Assembly: GCF_003334405.1 (NCBI RefSeq)
Contig: NZ_QOWM01000018.1
DNA from: Escherichia coli
GTDB taxonomy: Bacteria; Pseudomonadota; Gammaproteobacteria; Enterobacterales; Enterobacteriaceae
Length of the DNA: 64,000 nucleotides
Reading direction: 5' to 3' (one strand)
This document shows, one piece after another, positions 20,644-30,439 of this stretch (position 1 is its first letter; every line of letters starts with the position of its first letter). The position numbers were made by a program, and so were the translations under genes. The notes under the pieces were generated by a model that saw only the letters and a list, made by a program, of their open reading frames with translations, was not told the DNA's origin and ran no database searches.

Positions 20644-22881
20644 ATGTCGCCATCCCCCTTAATTAAATCCTGTGTGGCCTTTGCCCATACGCAATTCTAT
20701 TCCGGAGTTACTGTGAAAATTTTACTTCGCGCACTCTGTGCAGGCCTTGCTATATCCTCACTGCCGGCAATGGCTTCAGTGACCTATCAGGATATTGTGT
20801 CTGCCGCAACCAATCCTGACGATCTGTCCCGTCAGGCGCTGGTCACGATATTCGGTGATGTGGTCACCAATCCACTGTCAACCAGCGCCCCCACCCTAAT
20901 CGGAAGCATGTTCGGGGCGTTCAACAGTATCATCGCCGTACTTGCCGTTGTCTGGTTTATGTTCATTGGTATCCGTCATGTTGTGCGTTCGGGGCATCAG
21001 GGACAGGTATTCAGCACCGGACGCGATATCGTCGGCACACTGAGTGTCGTTGCAGGTTTTCTGATGATCGTTCCAACCGGAAATGGCTGGAGTCTCGCTC
21101 AGCTCATTATGTTATGGGGCGCATCGATAATGGGGGTTGGGTCCGCCAATGTAATGGTGCAACTTGCCGCTGATAATATCGCAAATGGTTATTCAATGAC
21201 TGTACAGCCAGTTCAGGCATCCACACGAACAGCAGCGCGTGGCATTTTTGAAATGGAACTGTGTAAGTATGCGGTTAACGCAGGACTAAATGATTTTAAT
21301 CAGACGGCCAAATCCTCGACTTCACTGATGACAGAATCAGCTAAAACCGCCAGTGGTAATTACACTGTCACAGTATCCAATGGCAGCGGTATCTGTGGTA
21401 CAGCCAGCCTGTCAGTAGAAGGAAACGGAACAACAGATCAATCGACGATTGGAAAATTCTTTAATCCCTTCAGTAAAAACGAATACAGCGGTGTTATCTC
21501 AGCACAACGTGCAGCCATGGATAATATGATTAGCGACATGGACAACGCTGCCAGTGAGTTTGTGACAACATTTCTGGAAAAAAGAAATTCTGGCAACGGA
21601 ACATTGCCGGATATCGAGACACGGATTCAGAGAGCAGCCGACGAGTATGAGCGTGCTGTACAAAAATCGCTACCTATTGATAACGGAGAACAATCCAGGA
21701 AAGAAGCTCTCAAGTCTTATCTCACAACCTATGGATGGGTAACGCTTGGCGCGTGGTATCAGACCTTTGCCACTGCTAACCAGCGTCTGGCAGAGCTGGC
21801 TGACAGAGCTCCAGCTGTAACTTCAATGTCATCACTTGGGGAAGTTGGCGATACTGATTTATTTAGTGCTGTTATGGGGGCATACAAGACTCAATTACAG
21901 AACTCCACATATACTCCAACGATAGGAACGATAACAACTCAAGATGAAAGTAATGCAGCTAATAGCACAGACCCACAAAGTGTGGTCATGAAAAGTATAG
22001 CGCCAACCATATTAAAATGGACAAACCAAGCTGCTACTGAATGGTCAGGAACAGGAACAACCAGCAACCAAGTTAACCCATTAATTAAGATGAAAAACAT
22101 CGGCGATTATACATTGGGTACAACAGAAATTCTCTGGACAGGATATACAACTGTCAGAGTTCTCGCGACAATGGGTGATAATTCTATTTTCGGAAAGGCT
22201 GTTAATTTGTTCTCTGGATTACCTAAAGGATTTGTTGCTCTGCTGGATGCTGCAGCTCCCCCAATATATTTCTTGTTGTTCCTGTTGTTTTGTGCGGGTT
22301 TTTCCTTATCAATTTACCTACCATTTATACCATTCATTTTCTGGATGACAGGCATTGGGAACTGGATAGTAAGCGTATTAATAGGATGCACCGCCGGGCC
22401 TCTGTGGGCAGCAACACATCTAGGAACATCAGAGGACAGAGGAAGTCGAGCAGCTTACGGATATATATACTTAATTGACAGCATGATAAGACCACCTCTC
22501 ATGGTATTCGGTTTCTTTTTTGCCTCTGTCGCCATCATTGCCGTCGGCACAATATTAAACTCACTGTTTGGCGCAGCACTAGTTAACGTACAGGTAAAAT
22601 CATTAACAGGGATATTCAGCCTTGCCGGGTTCCTGCTAATTTACGCCCGTATGTGTACAACGTCTGTAGCTGCAATATTTGCTTTACAAGCATATCTTCC
22701 TGACCATGTTATCAATTTCTTGGGTGGTAGAGATGGTGTAAATACTCTTGGCAACCTCACCTCATCAGTAAAAGATATTTTTGCAGGTTCTAATAGAAAT
22801 ATTAGGCACAGCCCAGGAGTTAGAGAGGACAGACTAAAAAATGTCACAAAGGATGATAATAAAGATGGAATAAAAGGATAA
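20644..22881 (+). CDS. traY: Polytopic inner-membrane transfer protein TraY (DotA-like); 3' third is AT-rich
   Basis: 745 aa, many hydrophobic segments; position before excA; abrupt drop in GC from about 21800 onward. Confidence 0.7.
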   Translation: MSPSPLIKSCVAFAHTQFYSGVTVKILLRALCAGLAISSLPAMASVTYQDIVSAATNPDDLSRQALVTIFGDVVTNPLSTSAPTLIGSMFGAFNSIIAVLAVVWFMFIGIRHVVRSGHQGQVFSTGRDIVGTLSVVAGFLMIVPTGNGWSLAQLIMLWGASIMGVGSANVMVQLAADNIANGYSMTVQPVQASTRTAARGIFEMELCKYAVNAGLNDFNQTAKSSTSLMTESAKTASGNYTVTVSNGSGICGTASLSVEGNGTTDQSTIGKFFNPFSKNEYSGVISAQRAAMDNMISDMDNAASEFVTTFLEKRNSGNGTLPDIETRIQRAADEYERAVQKSLPIDNGEQSRKEALKSYLTTYGWVTLGAWYQTFATANQRLAELADRAPAVTSMSSLGEVGDTDLFSAVMGAYKTQLQNSTYTPTIGTITTQDESNAANSTDPQSVVMKSIAPTILKWTNQAATEWSGTGTTSNQVNPLIKMKNIGDYTLGTTEILWTGYTTVRVLATMGDNSIFGKAVNLFSGLPKGFVALLDAAAPPIYFLLFLLFCAGFSLSIYLPFIPFIFWMTGIGNWIVSVLIGCTAGPLWAATHLGTSEDRGSRAAYGYIYLIDSMIRPPLMVFGFFFASVAIIAVGTILNSLFGAALVNVQVKSLTGIFSLAGFLLIYARMCTTSVAAIFALQAYLPDHVINFLGGRDGVNTLGNLTSSVKDIFAGSNRNIRHSPGVREDRLKNVTKDDNKDGIKG

Positions 22882-22954
22882 TTTCAATAAAACAACCTTG
22901 CCATAAACACTCAATCGCATTAAAATATCGATGAGTGTTTATGGAGGGTTTATT

Positions 22955-23605
22955 ATGCAAATGGTAAAAACAATCAATAGATATCCTGCTTGGTGGACAT
23001 TATATTACGCCCTTAGATTTATATATTTCATAAGCATACCAGTGTTATCCATTTTTATTCTTTTCGGAGTGCTCTCCATTACATCTTCAAGATATGTGAC
23101 GCAAGAAGATTATATTTATACTTGCGTCTGTCTGTTTTTACTAATTGCTCCTGCAATATTGATGTATTCCCGAGCAAGCTCAAGAAAAGACAAAATAAAA
23201 AAAATTGTCGCGGAGATAAAAAACACCGGTTTTTATTCACCTGACAAAGAATATGAGGGACTGTCTTTTACTCAGGGCGTCTATTTTGGCGTGGATACCA
23301 AAAAAGGCACTATGCTGTATGCTCGTGCTTACCCTGGAAATATAATGGATATTATCGGCTTTGACATTGACAACTTCACACGCACTGTGACCGACGCCAA
23401 GACACTAGATATTTATACAAAATACATAAATATACCAATGGTCTCAATTCCGTCAGGATGCATCCATCCCAAAATGATGGCGGATACAATGCATGCAATG
23501 GCAGAAAGAGGATATGATTACCCTGTCGACTTTCCTCGCCTAATTCAGGAGAAGCGTAAGGAGTGGGAGCAGATTGCAGGCATGCCTGTAGCCGAAGTAT
23601 TTTAA
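22955..23605 (+). CDS. excA: Entry-exclusion membrane protein ExcA-like
   Basis: ATG with GGAGGG SD; N-terminal TM hairpin; immediately downstream of traY; AT-rich. Confidence 0.5.
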   Translation: MQMVKTINRYPAWWTLYYALRFIYFISIPVLSIFILFGVLSITSSRYVTQEDYIYTCVCLFLLIAPAILMYSRASSRKDKIKKIVAEIKNTGFYSPDKEYEGLSFTQGVYFGVDTKKGTMLYARAYPGNIMDIIGFDIDNFTRTVTDAKTLDIYTKYINIPMVSIPSGCIHPKMMADTMHAMAERGYDYPVDFPRLIQEKRKEWEQIAGMPVAEVF

Positions 23606-23624
23606 GATAAGCTCCCTCCATAAC

Positions 23625-23653
23625 AGCCGGTTCAAATGAGCCGGCTTTTGTTC
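23625..23653 (+). terminator. Intrinsic terminator after excA
   Basis: Hairpin AGCCGG-N10-CCGGCT followed by TTTTGTT. Confidence 0.5.
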
Positions 23654-23676
23654 ATTACAACAGATAACTTATGCCG

Positions 23677-23892
23677 TTACCGATAAATTCGACCAAGTGC
23701 TTTAATCGCAGCAATTTTTATTTCCATATCATCACTTTGACTCAATCTATGTAATTCACGCGTAATGTTCTCCGCCTGACATCGGCCTTCACCTAATGCA
23801 TAGATCACAGCAAGTGTAACGTCTTTTGATTTACTCTTCATCATTTCAAACAAGAAAGTATTAGCTATCGCAGGAGGCATGCTCATAATCAA
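23677..23892 (-). CDS. Small hypothetical protein
   Basis: 71-aa ORF, AT-rich, convergent with excA; alternative start codon; no recognised domain. Confidence 0.25.
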   Translation of the reverse strand: MIMSMPPAIANTFLFEMMKSKSKDVTLAVIYALGEGRCQAENITRELHRLSQSDDMEIKIAAIKALGRIYR

Positions 23893-24217
23893 TCCTCTTC
23901 ATGAAATAAACAATGGCACTCACTTACAAACAGGAGTCCACTATCGCAAGCGACTCAACTTAGTAATATCTCTCAATTTGAATGAAAAAACCAGATGGCA
24001 TGTGACAGGGAACCGTCCGCATGATGTCCGTGACTATTTAACCCCATAAGCTGATAAAACATGAATACCGGTATCTCAATGCGAAGAAATAATCTCCGTA
24101 GAATCCCCCATGAGAAAAATATCATATGGGAGAAAATCGCAATTATCACAGCCAGTGCATTCATTATTTTCGCTGTGCTCTGGCATTAATTATTTTCAAC
24201 ACAAAAAGGAAAAAACA

Positions 24218-24394
24218 ATGAATCTGGTAGACGCCTTTGTCAAAAAAGTAATATCCGGGCCGTATGAAGAATATGGAAAATGGTGGATAGATGTCGAATA
24301 CATTTCATGGGGTGTTCCCGGGAAAACAAGACTGATGTTTGACTCAAAGGAGCAGGCACTGGAAGTTAAGGAAGGGTACAAATTTTTAACGTGA
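24218..24394 (+). CDS. Small hypothetical protein (58 aa)
   Basis: ATG preceded by AAGGA-like SD; followed by a perfect 9-bp-stem hairpin at 24402-24438; no recognised domain. Confidence 0.25.
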   Translation: MNLVDAFVKKVISGPYEEYGKWWIDVEYISWGVPGKTRLMFDSKEQALEVKEGYKFLT

Positions 24395-24458
24395 GATCTC
24401 TTTTTGTTAAAGGGCAGGAAGCGGTCACCTCCTGCCCTTAGTTACGTTTCCAGGCTTA

Positions 24459-24554
24459 TCAGTCGATAAGTTCCCGGATCAGTTCCAGAACAGCAATCAG
24501 CGCGTTTGCAACGGCAACTACTGCCCTGAGAACGATGATTAACAGATTAATCAT
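24459..24554 (-). CDS. Candidate type I toxin: 31-aa single-helix hydrophobic peptide (DinQ/ZorO/TisB-like class)
   Basis: ATG with GGAG SD 6 nt upstream; MINLLIIVLRAVVAVANALIAVLELIRELID; leader contains a 24-nt element repeated in the divergent sRNA gene. Confidence 0.4.
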   Translation of the reverse strand: MINLLIIVLRAVVAVANALIAVLELIRELID

Positions 24555-24812
24555 CCGCTTCTCCATCACTGGAGGAAATCACCGTTGCTTACTCTTACAT
24601 TGCCTGTCACAACGGCACTTTCAGTGTTAGTTGAAAAGAGACTTCCTCCTGCCAGAGCACTGAACACAGCACCACCTGTTTGTTCAGCCAGGACTTAAAA
24701 TCTTGCATCCATAGTCCCGATGGATATCACGGCAGAAGTGTCGCCAGACAGAGCTAACCTGCGGATTATAAGGATGGTTGCTATCAAATGAACAGCTCGC
24801 TATTATAAGAAC

Positions 24813-24899
24813 GTTAGTTGAAAAGAGATTACCTCCGGTCAGGGCCACCAACTCTGTAACGGAACAGTAAAAAAACCGACCTCACCAGTCGGTTTTTTT
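24813..24899 (+). ncRNA. Candidate trans-acting antitoxin sRNA (~85 nt)
   Basis: Promoter TTGCTA-17-TATTAT at 24778-24806; 5' 24 nt (24814-24837) match 22/24 the + strand at 24626-24649 inside the toxin leader; ends in hairpin ACCGAC-N7-GTCGGT plus T7 (24875-24899). Confidence 0.4.
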
Positions 24900-25052
24900 A
24901 CATCTGTTGTTTCTCAAAATCCGCCCGACATGCCCGTCACACCGGGGAAACTCATGCTCTGAATCAGAACCAACCATCTCAACTTTGCCGTCTCCTGAAA
25001 AAACTGGCACATTCAGTTCGATAACTACCCATAAATACAGAGAGAAAATCCG

Positions 25053-25304
25053 ATGTCAGAAAAGTGGAGTAAAGAATTCGACTCTTGCTTTCAGGTGGGG
25101 AGCATAGAAGAAATTGCCGATGCTCTCGAGAAACGCAGCGGAAGCGAGGAAAATGCGTTAGCCATGCTGGCAATGACAGCCTTCACACTCATGACCCGAC
25201 GTGGTATCTGCGAAATGCAGAACGTGGCCCCCGATGGCAAAGGCATTCGGCTGGAGCTAATGGGCTTCAGGGAAAATGAAACAATACCGGATACGCTTCA
25301 TTGA
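25053..25304 (+). CDS. Hypothetical protein (83 aa)
   Basis: ORF with ATG start; followed by hairpin GGCGGCAG-N6-CTGCCGCC; no recognised domain. Confidence 0.3.
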   Translation: MSEKWSKEFDSCFQVGSIEEIADALEKRSGSEENALAMLAMTAFTLMTRRGICEMQNVAPDGKGIRLELMGFRENETIPDTLH

Positions 25305-25375
25305 AGAAGAAAGGGCGCAATGAGGTCAGCCTTCGCAACAAAGCGGCGGCAGAAAACCTGCCGCCGTGTTGCCCG

Positions 25376-25528
25376 TTAACGTTTAACTTCGTAGGCTAAC
25401 GTTGCCACAAGCACTGTGTTTCCCTGCTGGAGCCGGAGTCCGCAAAGCGAATCCCTCACCATCCAAACAAAACACAGAATCGTCACACAGATGACGATTA
25501 ACATCATTAAAAACGTTCGCTGTGGCAT
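25376..25528 (-). CDS. pndA: Hok-family type I toxin PndA (50 aa)
   Basis: Translates to MPQRTFLMMLIVICVTILCFVWMVRDSLCGLRLQQGNTVLVATLAYEVKR, Hok/Gef pattern; overlapped in another frame by the track ORF 25383..25667 (mok/pndC-like). Confidence 0.85.
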   Translation of the reverse strand: MPQRTFLMMLIVICVTILCFVWMVRDSLCGLRLQQGNTVLVATLAYEVKR

Positions 25529-25819
25529 CATAGCCCCTCCATTGCCTTACGGCGGTTATCGGGCTACTATAATGTTGTCTAGGCATTACAGTAGAGCCCT
25601 TGGTTGATTGATAAAAAAATCTCCAGGGGCTTTCTGCTGTATACCGTCCACAAAACGCTTTCGGCATACAGCCTCAAGCGCCCGCAGCTATTCTAACGAC
25701 TTTCGTATCTGCAACAATCCTTTTATCGCACGGCTAATTCCTCTGGTTAGCTCTTATCGCCTGCAAATAAATTTTTAACCTTTCCGTTTGATTTAAATTC
25801 CAGAAATGGAGACTTTGTC

Positions 25820-27028
25820 ATGTCTTACAATCGACAGCCTGTCGCAGAAGATCCTATGCAGATATGGGGCGCTGTTGGTGTCCTTCTTATCCTGCTGCTA
25901 TTCGTCATATGGTTATTCTTGCCGGAAGTGGTTTACGCCAGCTGCCTGATTCTTCATACCTTATGGGGACTGGTAGACTGGGGACCATTTCATAACTATG
26001 CAGCACCACGATACAACCTGCTTGCCATGACCGGTAACAACGCCGCCCACATAAGCTATAGCCAGTGGGTTAACGTCATGGAGCAGACCATAGGTATTCT
26101 GTGGATGTACCTCTTACCTGTGACACTCTGGTGTTTGTGGGAGTGGTATCAACATCCGGGACAAAGCCGTTTCACCCGCAGACCAGTAGATATTACCCGA
26201 CTGCCACACATCTTTGCTTCGTTGTCCCCTGCTATCGCCCCTGTACTGGCAGATGGTGATCCGGAAAAACTCTTTCATGGTGGCAAACGACCTGAACGGC
26301 GGGTTGCTCTCACCCCGGAAGCATTTGTCGAACAGCATACTCTCATCACCAATATGCAGCTCGATGTTGCAGCTGCAAGACGATGTTTCATGGCTCAGTT
26401 GGGTAAACCTTTAACGTCCTGGAAAGACATGGCACCACATGAAAAAGCGCTCTTTGCCATATTTGGCCTTCAGTATTTCCTGGATGATCGTAAGGCAGCA
26501 TTAAAGCTCATGGATACACTGAACCTCTCATGCAGAATTAAAAGCAAACGAGACAGCGGGAAATTCTGTACCCCTGTTTATTCACTGGCCAAATCAGCTT
26601 TCCAGAGAGTGATTAAAAGCAACGGAGCACAGCAATGGCTGAAACAACATCGCTACGTCCGCAGTGGGCTGGTCTGGCTGTATGCACATGACCTGCGGCT
26701 TACGCCACCCAACTGGATTTGGCTGAAAGGCGTGGACAGAACGCTGTTTTATGCATTACACCGCGCCAATACCACGAAAGGATTTATTGAAGGCGCTGGC
26801 GTGGTGGCCGTTGCACGTGCAGAGGCCGAAGCCATGCGTTTTGGCCTTCCCTGCCCTGAACCCTGTGTTGATGAAGCGGTGGAAGGCTTACGGCGGGATA
26901 TGCTCAGTCTCGGTCTTATCTGGGATGAACCACAACCAGATCGCGACCGGAAACGCCGCATCCTGACCAACTGGTCCCTCACCGACGACATCCTGCCCCG
27001 TACACCTGCTACAGACAACGAATTCTGA
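25820..27028 (+). CDS. trbA: Transfer membrane protein TrbA (DotM/IcmP position)
   Basis: 402 aa with N-terminal TM helices; precedes trbB-trbC. Confidence 0.55.
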   Translation: MSYNRQPVAEDPMQIWGAVGVLLILLLFVIWLFLPEVVYASCLILHTLWGLVDWGPFHNYAAPRYNLLAMTGNNAAHISYSQWVNVMEQTIGILWMYLLPVTLWCLWEWYQHPGQSRFTRRPVDITRLPHIFASLSPAIAPVLADGDPEKLFHGGKRPERRVALTPEAFVEQHTLITNMQLDVAAARRCFMAQLGKPLTSWKDMAPHEKALFAIFGLQYFLDDRKAALKLMDTLNLSCRIKSKRDSGKFCTPVYSLAKSAFQRVIKSNGAQQWLKQHRYVRSGLVWLYAHDLRLTPPNWIWLKGVDRTLFYALHRANTTKGFIEGAGVVAVARAEAEAMRFGLPCPEPCVDEAVEGLRRDMLSLGLIWDEPQPDRDRKRRILTNWSLTDDILPRTPATDNEF

Positions 27029-27046
27029 TTATCCGGAGAACTGAAA

Positions 27047-28117
27047 ATGACAATCGAGTACTTTGCAACACGCATTGCAAAACATATTTCCGTGCAGGCA
27101 ATCTGGCCGGATGGCAGGACAGAAATTATTGCCGTCCTTCCACGGGATGCCCTGTCAGGGCTGGTAACACGAAATAATCAACTGATTCATATAGCCTTTG
27201 ACGCCATGGGCACCCGTAACAGAGAAACCGTCCTGATTGATAAACAGGAGCATAACGCTGACCAGATACTTACAGCTATTGATTCCTGCCTGCGTCTTGA
27301 ATACCTGATGGAACGCCGCTTCAGCAGAACACCTTTGTTCCGTGGCATAATCGCCAGCGTTGTGCTGTTCGTAATGGCAACGATTGGCTTCTCTCTGTTC
27401 CGCTATGTTGATCGTGTATTCTGGGATGATACAACGCCTGAAGCAGTACAGACAGCAGCTGAGCCACGACTGCTTCCCCCTCACCTGAATCACACTGTGC
27501 CATTAAATGAAGGCATTCAACTCCCGGTTCCCCCGAAAAAAGACGTCCAGGTACCGGAGAAAACAATCACAAGCAAAAATCCGGAAGCCGCAGCTGCGCG
27601 ACATAATCTGGCTACTGTTCTGAAGCGGAACGCCGATCGGGGCATGTTTACCATCAACCTGTCATCCGGTCATGAACGAACCCTGTACGCATTTCTCGAT
27701 CCTGCCTGTCCTAACTGCAGACTTCTGGAGCCGGCCTTAAAACGCCTGGCCAGCGACTTCAATGTCGTTATCTACCCGGTTTCAGTTATTGGTGGAGAGG
27801 AATCCACCGACCGTGTGGCACCACTGCTGTGTGAAAAAGATGCTCAGAAACGTGCTGCCGGCTGGCACCGACTGTATTCCGCAGATAACGGAATGATGAC
27901 GCCATCAGAAGAAACAACGCCTGCAGATGAAACATGCCTGAAAGCGGCCAGAGCTGCAATTGATGTAAACAATGTCGCCTTCCGTAAGTTCGGATTTGCC
28001 GGTACCCCATGGGTGCTGTCCGACACCGGCTGGCATCTGCCTACAGGAATTCTGCAGGAAACTGGCACGCTTAATTTATTCCTGAAAACCACCGACAGCG
28101 AGTCTGGCCATGAGTGA
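27047..28117 (+). CDS. trbB: Thiol:disulfide interchange protein TrbB (DsbC-like thioredoxin fold)
   Basis: CPNC active-site motif in C-terminal domain; N-terminal TM anchor. Confidence 0.65.
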   Translation: MTIEYFATRIAKHISVQAIWPDGRTEIIAVLPRDALSGLVTRNNQLIHIAFDAMGTRNRETVLIDKQEHNADQILTAIDSCLRLEYLMERRFSRTPLFRGIIASVVLFVMATIGFSLFRYVDRVFWDDTTPEAVQTAAEPRLLPPHLNHTVPLNEGIQLPVPPKKDVQVPEKTITSKNPEAAAARHNLATVLKRNADRGMFTINLSSGHERTLYAFLDPACPNCRLLEPALKRLASDFNVVIYPVSVIGGEESTDRVAPLLCEKDAQKRAAGWHRLYSADNGMMTPSEETTPADETCLKAARAAIDVNNVAFRKFGFAGTPWVLSDTGWHLPTGILQETGTLNLFLKTTDSESGHE

Positions 28118-30401
28118 ACATCGCGTTAACCCCGAGCTTTTACACCGTACAGCCTGGGGAAATCCTGTCTGGAATGCACTCCAGAGTCTCAATATCTATG
28201 GCTTTTGCCTGGTGGCAAGTCTTGTGGCCAGTTTTATCTGGCCACTTGCATTACCGGCATGTCTGTTGTTCACACTGATAACAATGCTGGTATTTAGTCT
28301 GCAGCGATGGCGCTGCCCTCTTCGTATGCCCATGACGCTGGAATGTGCTGATCCGTCACAGGACAGAATGATTAAAAGAAGTCTTTTCAGCTTCTGGCCA
28401 ACCCTGTTCCAGTATGAGGTCATTCTGGAATCACCGGCCAGCGGCATATTCTATGTTGGTTATCAACGCGTCAGGGATATTGGCAGGGAGTTATGGCTGA
28501 GTATGGACGATCTGACCCGCCATATAATGTTTTTCGCCACCACCGGTGGCGGTAAAACGGAAACCATCTTTGCCTGGGCGATTAACCCACTTTGCTGGGC
28601 AAGAGGATTCACCCTTGTCGATGGCAAGGCACAGAATGATACGGCAAGAACGATCTGGTATCTGGCCAGACGCTTTGGACGTGAAGACGATGTGGAAGTC
28701 ATTAACTTCATGAACGGAGGAAAATCCCGCAGTGAAATCATTCTGAGTGGTGAAAAAACGCGTCCTCAGTCAAATACCTGGAATCCCTTCTGTTACAGCA
28801 CTGAGGCATTCACAGCGGAGACAATGCAGTCAATGCTGCCCCAGAACGTCCAGGGGGGCGAGTGGCAGTCCCGGGCCATTGCCATGAACAAGGCACTGGT
28901 ATTTGGTACTAAATTCTGGTGTGTGCGCGAAGGCAAAACAATGTCGCTGCAGATGCTCCGTGAACATATGACTCTCGAAGGAATGGCCAAACTTTACTGT
29001 CGTGGCCTCGATGATCAGTGGCCGGAAGAAGCTATCGCACCGTTACGTAACTACCTTCAGGACGTTCCCGGCTTCGACCTGTCGCTGGTCAGGACACCAT
29101 CAGCCTGGACGGAAGAACCCAGAAAACAACATGCTTATCTCTCCGGGCAGTTTTCTGAAACTTTCAGCACATTCACGGAAGCATTCGGAGATATTTTTGC
29201 TGAAGATTCCGGTGATATCGATATCCGTGACAGCATTCACAGCGACAGGATTCTGATGGTAATGATCCCCGCTCTGGATACATCAGCGCATACAACGTCT
29301 GCTCTTGGACGAATGTTTATCACCCAGAAAAGTATGATTCTCGCCCGTGATTTGGGCTATCGCCTCGAAGGAACTGATTCCGATGCACTGGAAGTCAAAA
29401 AATATAAGGGGCGTTTCCCTTATCTGTGTTTCCTTGATGAAGTGGGGGCATACTATACGGACCGTATTGCTGTGGAAGCCACTCAGGTGCGTTCACTGGA
29501 TTTTGCTCTGATTTTGATGGCACAGGACCAGGAACGTATAGAAGGACAGACAACAGCCACGAATACGGCAACACTGATGCAGAACACGGGGACAAAATTT
29601 GCCGGCAGGATTGTCAGCGAGGGCAGTACGGCCAGAACGCTGAAAAGCGCCGCCGGTGAAGAAGCCAGGGCGAGGATGAACAACCTGCAGCGTCAGGACG
29701 GCATATTTGGTGAATCATGGATTGACAGCCCACAAATCAGCATCCTGATGGAAAGTAAGATAGATGTTCAGGAGTTGATTGAACTTCATCCTGGCGAGTT
29801 CTTTTCTATTTTCCGGGGAGAAACCGTACCATCAGCATCATTCTTCATCCCTGACAATGAGAAAAGCTGCAGTAGCGATCCCGTTGTTATAAACAGGTAT
29901 ATCAGCGTGGATGTACCTCGCCTGGACCGTCTCCGCCGTCTGGTTCCCCGTACAGCTCAACGTCGAATCCCGTCACCGGAAAATGTCAGTGCCATCATTG
30001 GCGTCCTGACTGCAAAACCCTCCAGAAAAAGACGAAAAATTCGCACAGAGCCGCACACGATCGTGGATACATTCCAGCAACGCATTGCAGGACGTCAGGC
30101 GGCTATGGCAATGCTGGAAGAGTACGACACGGATATCAACGCACGTGAAAGTGCCTTGTGGGAAACAGCGGTGAATACGCTTAAAACGACCACACGGGAA
30201 GAGCGACGAATTCGCTATATCACGCTGAACAGGCCAGAACTACCTGAAACAAAAGAGGAAAATCAGATATCAGTGAGAGCAGAAAGAGCAGGTATAAACC
30301 TGTTAACGCTTCCACAGGACAATACCCCCCCGACAGGGCGTCCTGTAAACGGGTTTCATCATAAAAAAACCAACCGTCCGGACTGGGACGGAATGTACTG
30401 A
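28110..30401 (+). CDS. trbC: Type IV coupling protein TrbC (DotL/IcmO, VirD4-like)
   Basis: N-terminal TM helices; Walker A FFATTGGGKTE; 763 aa. Confidence 0.8.
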   Translation: MSEHRVNPELLHRTAWGNPVWNALQSLNIYGFCLVASLVASFIWPLALPACLLFTLITMLVFSLQRWRCPLRMPMTLECADPSQDRMIKRSLFSFWPTLFQYEVILESPASGIFYVGYQRVRDIGRELWLSMDDLTRHIMFFATTGGGKTETIFAWAINPLCWARGFTLVDGKAQNDTARTIWYLARRFGREDDVEVINFMNGGKSRSEIILSGEKTRPQSNTWNPFCYSTEAFTAETMQSMLPQNVQGGEWQSRAIAMNKALVFGTKFWCVREGKTMSLQMLREHMTLEGMAKLYCRGLDDQWPEEAIAPLRNYLQDVPGFDLSLVRTPSAWTEEPRKQHAYLSGQFSETFSTFTEAFGDIFAEDSGDIDIRDSIHSDRILMVMIPALDTSAHTTSALGRMFITQKSMILARDLGYRLEGTDSDALEVKKYKGRFPYLCFLDEVGAYYTDRIAVEATQVRSLDFALILMAQDQERIEGQTTATNTATLMQNTGTKFAGRIVSEGSTARTLKSAAGEEARARMNNLQRQDGIFGESWIDSPQISILMESKIDVQELIELHPGEFFSIFRGETVPSASFFIPDNEKSCSSDPVVINRYISVDVPRLDRLRRLVPRTAQRRIPSPENVSAIIGVLTAKPSRKRRKIRTEPHTIVDTFQQRIAGRQAAMAMLEEYDTDINARESALWETAVNTLKTTTREERRIRYITLNRPELPETKEENQISVRAERAGINLLTLPQDNTPPTGRPVNGFHHKKTNRPDWDGMY

Positions 30402-30406
30402 ACATA

Positions 30407-30439
30407 GGCCGCGCCGGATTCTGGCGCGGCCTTTTTTTT
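30407..30439. terminator. Bidirectional intrinsic terminator between trbC and nikB
   Basis: GGCCGCGCCGG-attc-TGGCGCGGCC followed by T8. Confidence 0.6.

Noticed and set aside
24402-24438. Perfect hairpin AGGGCAGGA-N-TCCTGCCCT as a strong intrinsic terminator for the candidate toxin mRNA
   Set aside because: It is not followed by a U-run on the - strand transcript; kept only as a possible weak terminator for the convergent + strand 58-aa gene.
25383-25667. 94-aa ORF annotated as an ordinary protein
   Set aside because: It is the overlapping alternative frame of pndA (mok/pndC-like arrangement); the real toxin is the 50-aa Hok-family peptide at 25376..25528.
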